A stretch of DNA of 53,468 nt. Origin: Gekko japonicus (lineage: Eukaryota). Positions 49,218-53,468 of this stretch are shown one piece after another. The stretch is from NCBI RefSeq assembly GCF_001447785.1, contig NW_015171544.1, positions 459,980 to 513,447 on the forward strand. The letters run 5' to 3'. The notes below the pieces were generated by a model. The model did no database searches. It had not been told where the DNA came from and saw only the letters and a list, made by a program, of their open reading frames with translations. The number at the start of each line of letters is the position of its first letter. The first letter of the stretch is position 1. The translations under genes and the position numbers were made by a program.

Positions 49218-50144
49218 TCAAGAGAAAAATTTGCAGAGGGCATGCCGGATCTCTTTGGTCTTGATGCTGTAGATGACGGGGTTCAGTACTGGAGGAACCA
49301 GAAGGTAGACGTTGGCCATGAGGGCGTGCAGGAGAGGAGAAGCGTGCTTGCCAAAACGATGTGCCATGGATACACCAATCATGGGGACAAAAAAGACCAC
49401 CACCGCACAGATGTGGGAGACGCAGGTGTTCAGGGCCTTGAGGCGCCCTTCTTTTGAGGCCATGCCCAAGACCGTCTTGACAATCATCACGTAGGACAAC
49501 AGGATAATTAGAGAATCGAGGCCAAAAGTAGAGAGAACAAGAAATAGACCGTATCGGTTGTTCACTGTGACGTCGGCACATGGGAGCCGGATTAAATTTG
49601 GGTGCAGGCAGTAGGGATGGGCTAGCAAGTTGGCTCCACAAAACGGCAGCCCCCTGAGGAGAATAGGTAAGGGGGCCATAATGACGACACTCCGCAGAGC
49701 AATCCCCAAACCTATCGTGGCGATCCTGGAGCTTGTCAGGATCGTGACATATTGGAGGGGGCTGTAGATGGCCACGAAGCGGTCAAAAGCCATGGCCCAG
49801 AGGACTCCTGAGTCCATGAGGGAGAAGCAGTGGATGAAGAACATCTGGGTGAAACACGCATCCATCCCGATCTCCCTGACGTCAAATATGAAGACGCTCA
49901 CCACAGTGGGGAGGGTGGAGAGGGACACCCCCAGTTCACTCACAGCCAGCATGGAGAGGAAGAAGTACATGGGTTTGTGGAGGCTGGGAACTTCAATAAT
50001 GACAAGAATGATGATCAGGTTTCCCAAAATGGCTGCCGCATACATGGTGCAGAAAGGGATGGCTAGCCAGAGTCCTTTGTCTTCCAGACCTGGGATGCCG
50101 ACCATGAGGAATGTGGGCAGGACGGAGCTCTGGTTCCTGAGCAT
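49218..50144 (-). CDS. Class I olfactory receptor, OR51-type, about 308 aa from MLRNQSS (OR51-C); start uncertain
   Basis: Full OR motif set and NQS sequon. Acceptor catgcag with exon start at 50177. First in-frame ATG after the acceptor is at 50144. Confidence 0.9.
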   Translation of the reverse strand: MLRNQSSVLPTFLMVGIPGLEDKGLWLAIPFCTMYAAAILGNLIIILVIIEVPSLHKPMYFFLSMLAVSELGVSLSTLPTVVSVFIFDVREIGMDACFTQMFFIHCFSLMDSGVLWAMAFDRFVAIYSPLQYVTILTSSRIATIGLGIALRSVVIMAPLPILLRGLPFCGANLLAHPYCLHPNLIRLPCADVTVNNRYGLFLVLSTFGLDSLIILLSYVMIVKTVLGMASKEGRLKALNTCVSHICAVVVFFVPMIGVSMAHRFGKHASPLLHALMANVYLLVPPVLNPVIYSIKTKEIRHALCKFFS

Positions 50145-50577
50145 TCCAGCGAAGCCGAACGTTCTTCCATCGATTACCTGCATGGATAGAAACATAACAG
50201 ATCACTCCAAAGCAGTGGGGGGGGGTAGCAGTGGGGCGGGCGACTGTGTGACACAGAGTGTTGGACTGGATGGGCCTTTGACCTGATCCAACATTGGCGT
50301 CTCTTATGTTCTTATATGTTCTTATGATATAAATATAGGGTTGCCAGGTCTGGATTGAAAAACACCTGGAAACTTTGGGGGTGGATCCAGGAGACGGGTT
50401 TGGGAAAGGGAGGGGTCTCAGGATGGTAGAATAATGATTTGAATCTACTATATCTCTCCCTGAGACTAGGGGTTCGCCAGTCCTAACAGTGACTATGCTC
50501 ATGCTACCACTGTACTGGCAATAAAAGTATAACCTTTGAAGAACCGTGTACTCTGTTGCTTGACTGTGGATCCTGAC

Positions 50578-51775
50578 AAATAAGAACATAAGAGAAGCCC
50601 ATGTTGGATCAGGCCAATGGCCCATCTAGTCCAACACTCTGTGTCACACAGTGGCCAGAAATACCTGGTGCCATCAGGAGGTCCACCAGTGGGCCCAGGA
50701 CAGTAGGAGCCCCTCCCACTGTTGACCCCCCAGCACCAAGAATACAGAGCATCCCTTGCCCCAGACCGAGAGTTCCTATCTATACCTTGTGGCTAATAGC
50801 CACTAATGGACCTCTGCTCCATATGCTTAGCCAGTTCCCTCTTATAGGAACATAAGAGAGAAGCCAATGTTGGATCACGCCAATGGCCTATCCAGTCCAA
50901 CACTCTGTGTCACACGGTGGCCAGAAATACCAGGTGCCATCAGGAGGTCCAGCAGTGCGGCCAGGACACTAGGAGCCTTCCCACTGTTGCCCCCCGCCAA
51001 GCACCAAGAAGACAGAGCATCACTTGCACCAGTGTCCCTATCTATACCTTGTGGCTAATAGCCACTGATGGACCTCTGCTCCATATAAGAACATAAGAGA
51101 AGCCCATGTTGGATCAGGCCAGTGGCCCATCCAGTCCAACACTCTGTGTCACACAGTGGCCAAAAATACCACGTGCCATCAGGAGGTCCACCAGTGGGGC
51201 CAGGACACCAGAAGCCCCCCTACCGCTGCCCTCCCCTGGCACCAAGAATACAGAGCATCCCTCGCCCCAGACCAAGAGTTTCTATCTATACCTTGTGGCT
51301 CATAGTCACCAATGTTTCAGCTATGCTGCCATGGGGGTTGGGGAGTTCATTCTGTGTCTTGATCATTGCTATTGCATTCTTATCTCTGCTGTTCTGCCTG
51401 TGCTGAAACGCTTATCGCTTCAGATGTACAGGAGGAGGATGAATTGTCTGGATGTCTCCTATGTACCGTGAGAGACTCCTGCTTCCCAGCTTTTGCCACC
51501 TAACGGTTTCCTAGCTGGTCCCGCGTGCGGGAGGGTAGCTAATTGGCCCATGCCATTGGGGGGGGTACATACGAATGCCCTATATCCTATTAGGCTCTAG
51601 TGGCTGTGGCCATTCTTAACAGTGCATCTATAGCTTTGCAATAAAAGTATAACCGTTCCTGAATGCGTGTACTTCGTTGTTAGCTGTGGGTTCTGACACA
51701 ATGGACCTCTGCTCCATATGCTTATCTAATTCCCTCTTGAAGCCATCCATGTTTGTAGCCGCCGCCACCTCCTGG
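50578..51775 (-). repeat. Array of 3 CR1 3'-tail units; last one interrupted by an LTR-like insert (about 51313-51698)
   Basis: Units start near 50580, 50845 and 51086. The insert ends aataaaagtataacc...ctgaca and is flanked by a CAAT(G) duplication; a partial sibling lies near 50460-50578. Confidence 0.75.
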
Positions 51776-51924
51776 GCAGTGGGTTCCATGTGTTGCTCAC
51801 AATGCCACAGAGTCCACCCTCCAAAGCAGCCCTTTTCTCCAGGGGAGCTGATCTTTGTCAGTTGGAGATCTGTTGCAAAAGCGGGAGATCTCCAGGCCCC
51901 ACCTGGAGGCTGGCAACCCTATAT

Positions 51925-52145
51925 AAATAAGACAAGGCAGGAATGCTAGGAAAAGGCGCAGCCAGCAGGAAAAGCGGAAGACCCAACATGAGACGGATCG
52001 ACTTGCTCAAGGAAGGCACAAAGGCCCTCTGTTTGCAAGAGCTGAGCAATGCTGCTAAAAAGAGGGCATTGGGGAGGACGTGAATTCATAGGGTGGCCTT
52101 AAGTTGGAAGCAACTTGAAGGCCTCTGACAGACACACACACACAC
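51925..52145 (+). mobile_element. RTE-clade LINE 3' fragment
   Basis: MLGK..ASRKSGRPNMRRIDLLKEG-like RT C-terminus; (CA)n tail. Confidence 0.65.
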
Positions 52146-52510
52146 GCCAATGTTCCCTCTAAGCTGTGGAGTCTTGTGAGCAAAAATTCTACTTTGTGAG
52201 CTGCCGGCATTAAAGTTGTGAGCAAGCGATTACTTGGCTACTGCAGAAGTTAGTTTGCCCTGGAGTCATCCTTCCTGAGCTATGACAAAAATGTGTGAGC
52301 CGGAGGCTAAAAAACGGTGAGCGAGCTCACACTAACTCAGCTTAGAGGGAACACCGACACACACACACAGAGCGGATTGCTGCCCCTTCCCAGCCCGGGC
52401 ATCTCTGGGGTCCGTCCCTCGTCCAGTCTCCAGCATCGATTCCCTCCCACCCGAGGAACTTTTGCCTCATCCCCTGCGGCAGAACAGGGATTGTCCTCTG
52501 GTCTTATCTC

Positions 52511-52760
52511 TCACTCACCAAGGCCGACGTCTCTCCTCCTCCCTGCACGATGCTGGGGGCACTGAGGCCAGGGTTTCCGTGAGGTGGCCTTTGTACCATC
52601 GCACATCCTCAGGGGAGGAGTGCAAGAAGGCCACCGGGGAGCCGCCGTGGACTTGCAACAGGCCCATTAGCTGGCTCTGCTGACCCCAGCCCTCCGGGGG
52701 GGGCAGCCAGCAAGGGGAGGCCCTCCGGGCCACAATGCGCCGGTTTTCTCAGGGCGTGTT
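52511..52760 (-). promoter_or_regulatory. Candidate OR51-C promoter and 5' non-coding exon
   Basis: Minus-strand donor TTG|GTGAGT at 52519/52518; O/E-like TCCTCAGGGGA (about 52606) and CCCTCCGGGG (about 52690); CATTAG homeodomain-like site (about 52665); unique GC-rich DNA. Confidence 0.35.
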
Positions 52761-52888
52761 TGCACCTCACGGAAGGGTCAGGTCTTTCCCGGTCCTTCTG
52801 CTAACTGACGTGTGAAGAGGAGCTGTGTTCTGGAATGGCCGCAGTGGAGGTGACTTTCGTGGTGATGTGTGGTTATCTTCGCTCACCG

Positions 52889-53228
52889 CCCAGCCTGTTT
52901 TCTAGTTGAGCCACATTTGCTTCTGGCCATAAATAAGCAGGCGGGCCCCAAAAGCATGGTTCAGTGTTCTGGATCGGGTGGGGGAAGGGGGAGGCGTGTA
53001 CTTTTAAAACACACTTGTGGGGGGGAAAAGAAGAAGAGGAGGAGGAGGACCCAGCCTGTTTTCTAGTTGAGCCACATTTGCTTCTGGCCATAAATAAGCA
53101 GGCGGGCCCCAAAAGCATGGTTCAGTGTTCTGGATCGGGTGGGGGAAGGGGGAGGCGTGTACTTTTAAAACACACTTGTGGGGGGAAAAAGAAGAAGAGG
53201 AGGAGGAGGAGGAGGAGGAGGAGGAGGA
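52889..53228. repeat. Near-perfect 161-bp tandem duplication ending in (GAG)n
   Basis: cccagcctgttttctagttgagcc... at about 52889 and 53050; adjacent to a gap. Confidence 0.85.
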
Positions 53229-53468
53229 NNNNNNNNNNNNNNNNNNNNNNNNNNNNNNNNNNNNNNNNNNNNNNNNNNNNNNNNNNNNNNNNNNNNNNNN
53301 NNNNNNNNNNNNNNNNNNNNNNNNNNNNNNGGTCATCCAGCAGCTGCGAGTGGAGGAGTGGGGAATCAAACCCGATTCTTCCAGATTAGAGTCCGTGCAC
53401 TTAACCACTATACCAAACTGGCTCTCAAGAAAAAGAAGAAGAGGAGGAGGAGATTGGATTTATACCCC

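Overview
Vertebrate (squamate, probably gecko; inferred from Sauria/Squam SINEs, Bov-B and CR1 tail types) genomic DNA from a class I olfactory receptor cluster. The window opens with the last 39 codons of a ubiquilin gene (UBA domain, + strand, UBQLN3/UBQLNL-like). Four intact single-coding-exon class I OR genes follow on the minus strand: one OR52-type and three related OR51-type paralogues. This resembles the UBQLN3/UBQLNL-in-OR51/52 arrangement near mammalian beta-globin. The rest is a dense, nested patchwork of CR1, L2, L1, RTE/Bov-B and Penelope-like fragments, tRNA- and 5S-derived SINEs, solo LTRs, hAT and fold-back MITEs, local duplications and several N gaps. The most notable structures are: an intact-looking minimal hammerhead ribozyme inside a TSD-flanked element with inverted ends (43.7-44.6 kb); a 1.3-kb fold-back with Sauria SINEs at mirror-image sites; head-to-tail CR1 3'-tail arrays with recurrent junctions; two L1-ORF1-only (HAL1-like) candidates; and an out-of-frame positional start codon in one OR. 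All calls are by eye; no searches were run and repeat boundaries are approximate unless TSDs are quoted.
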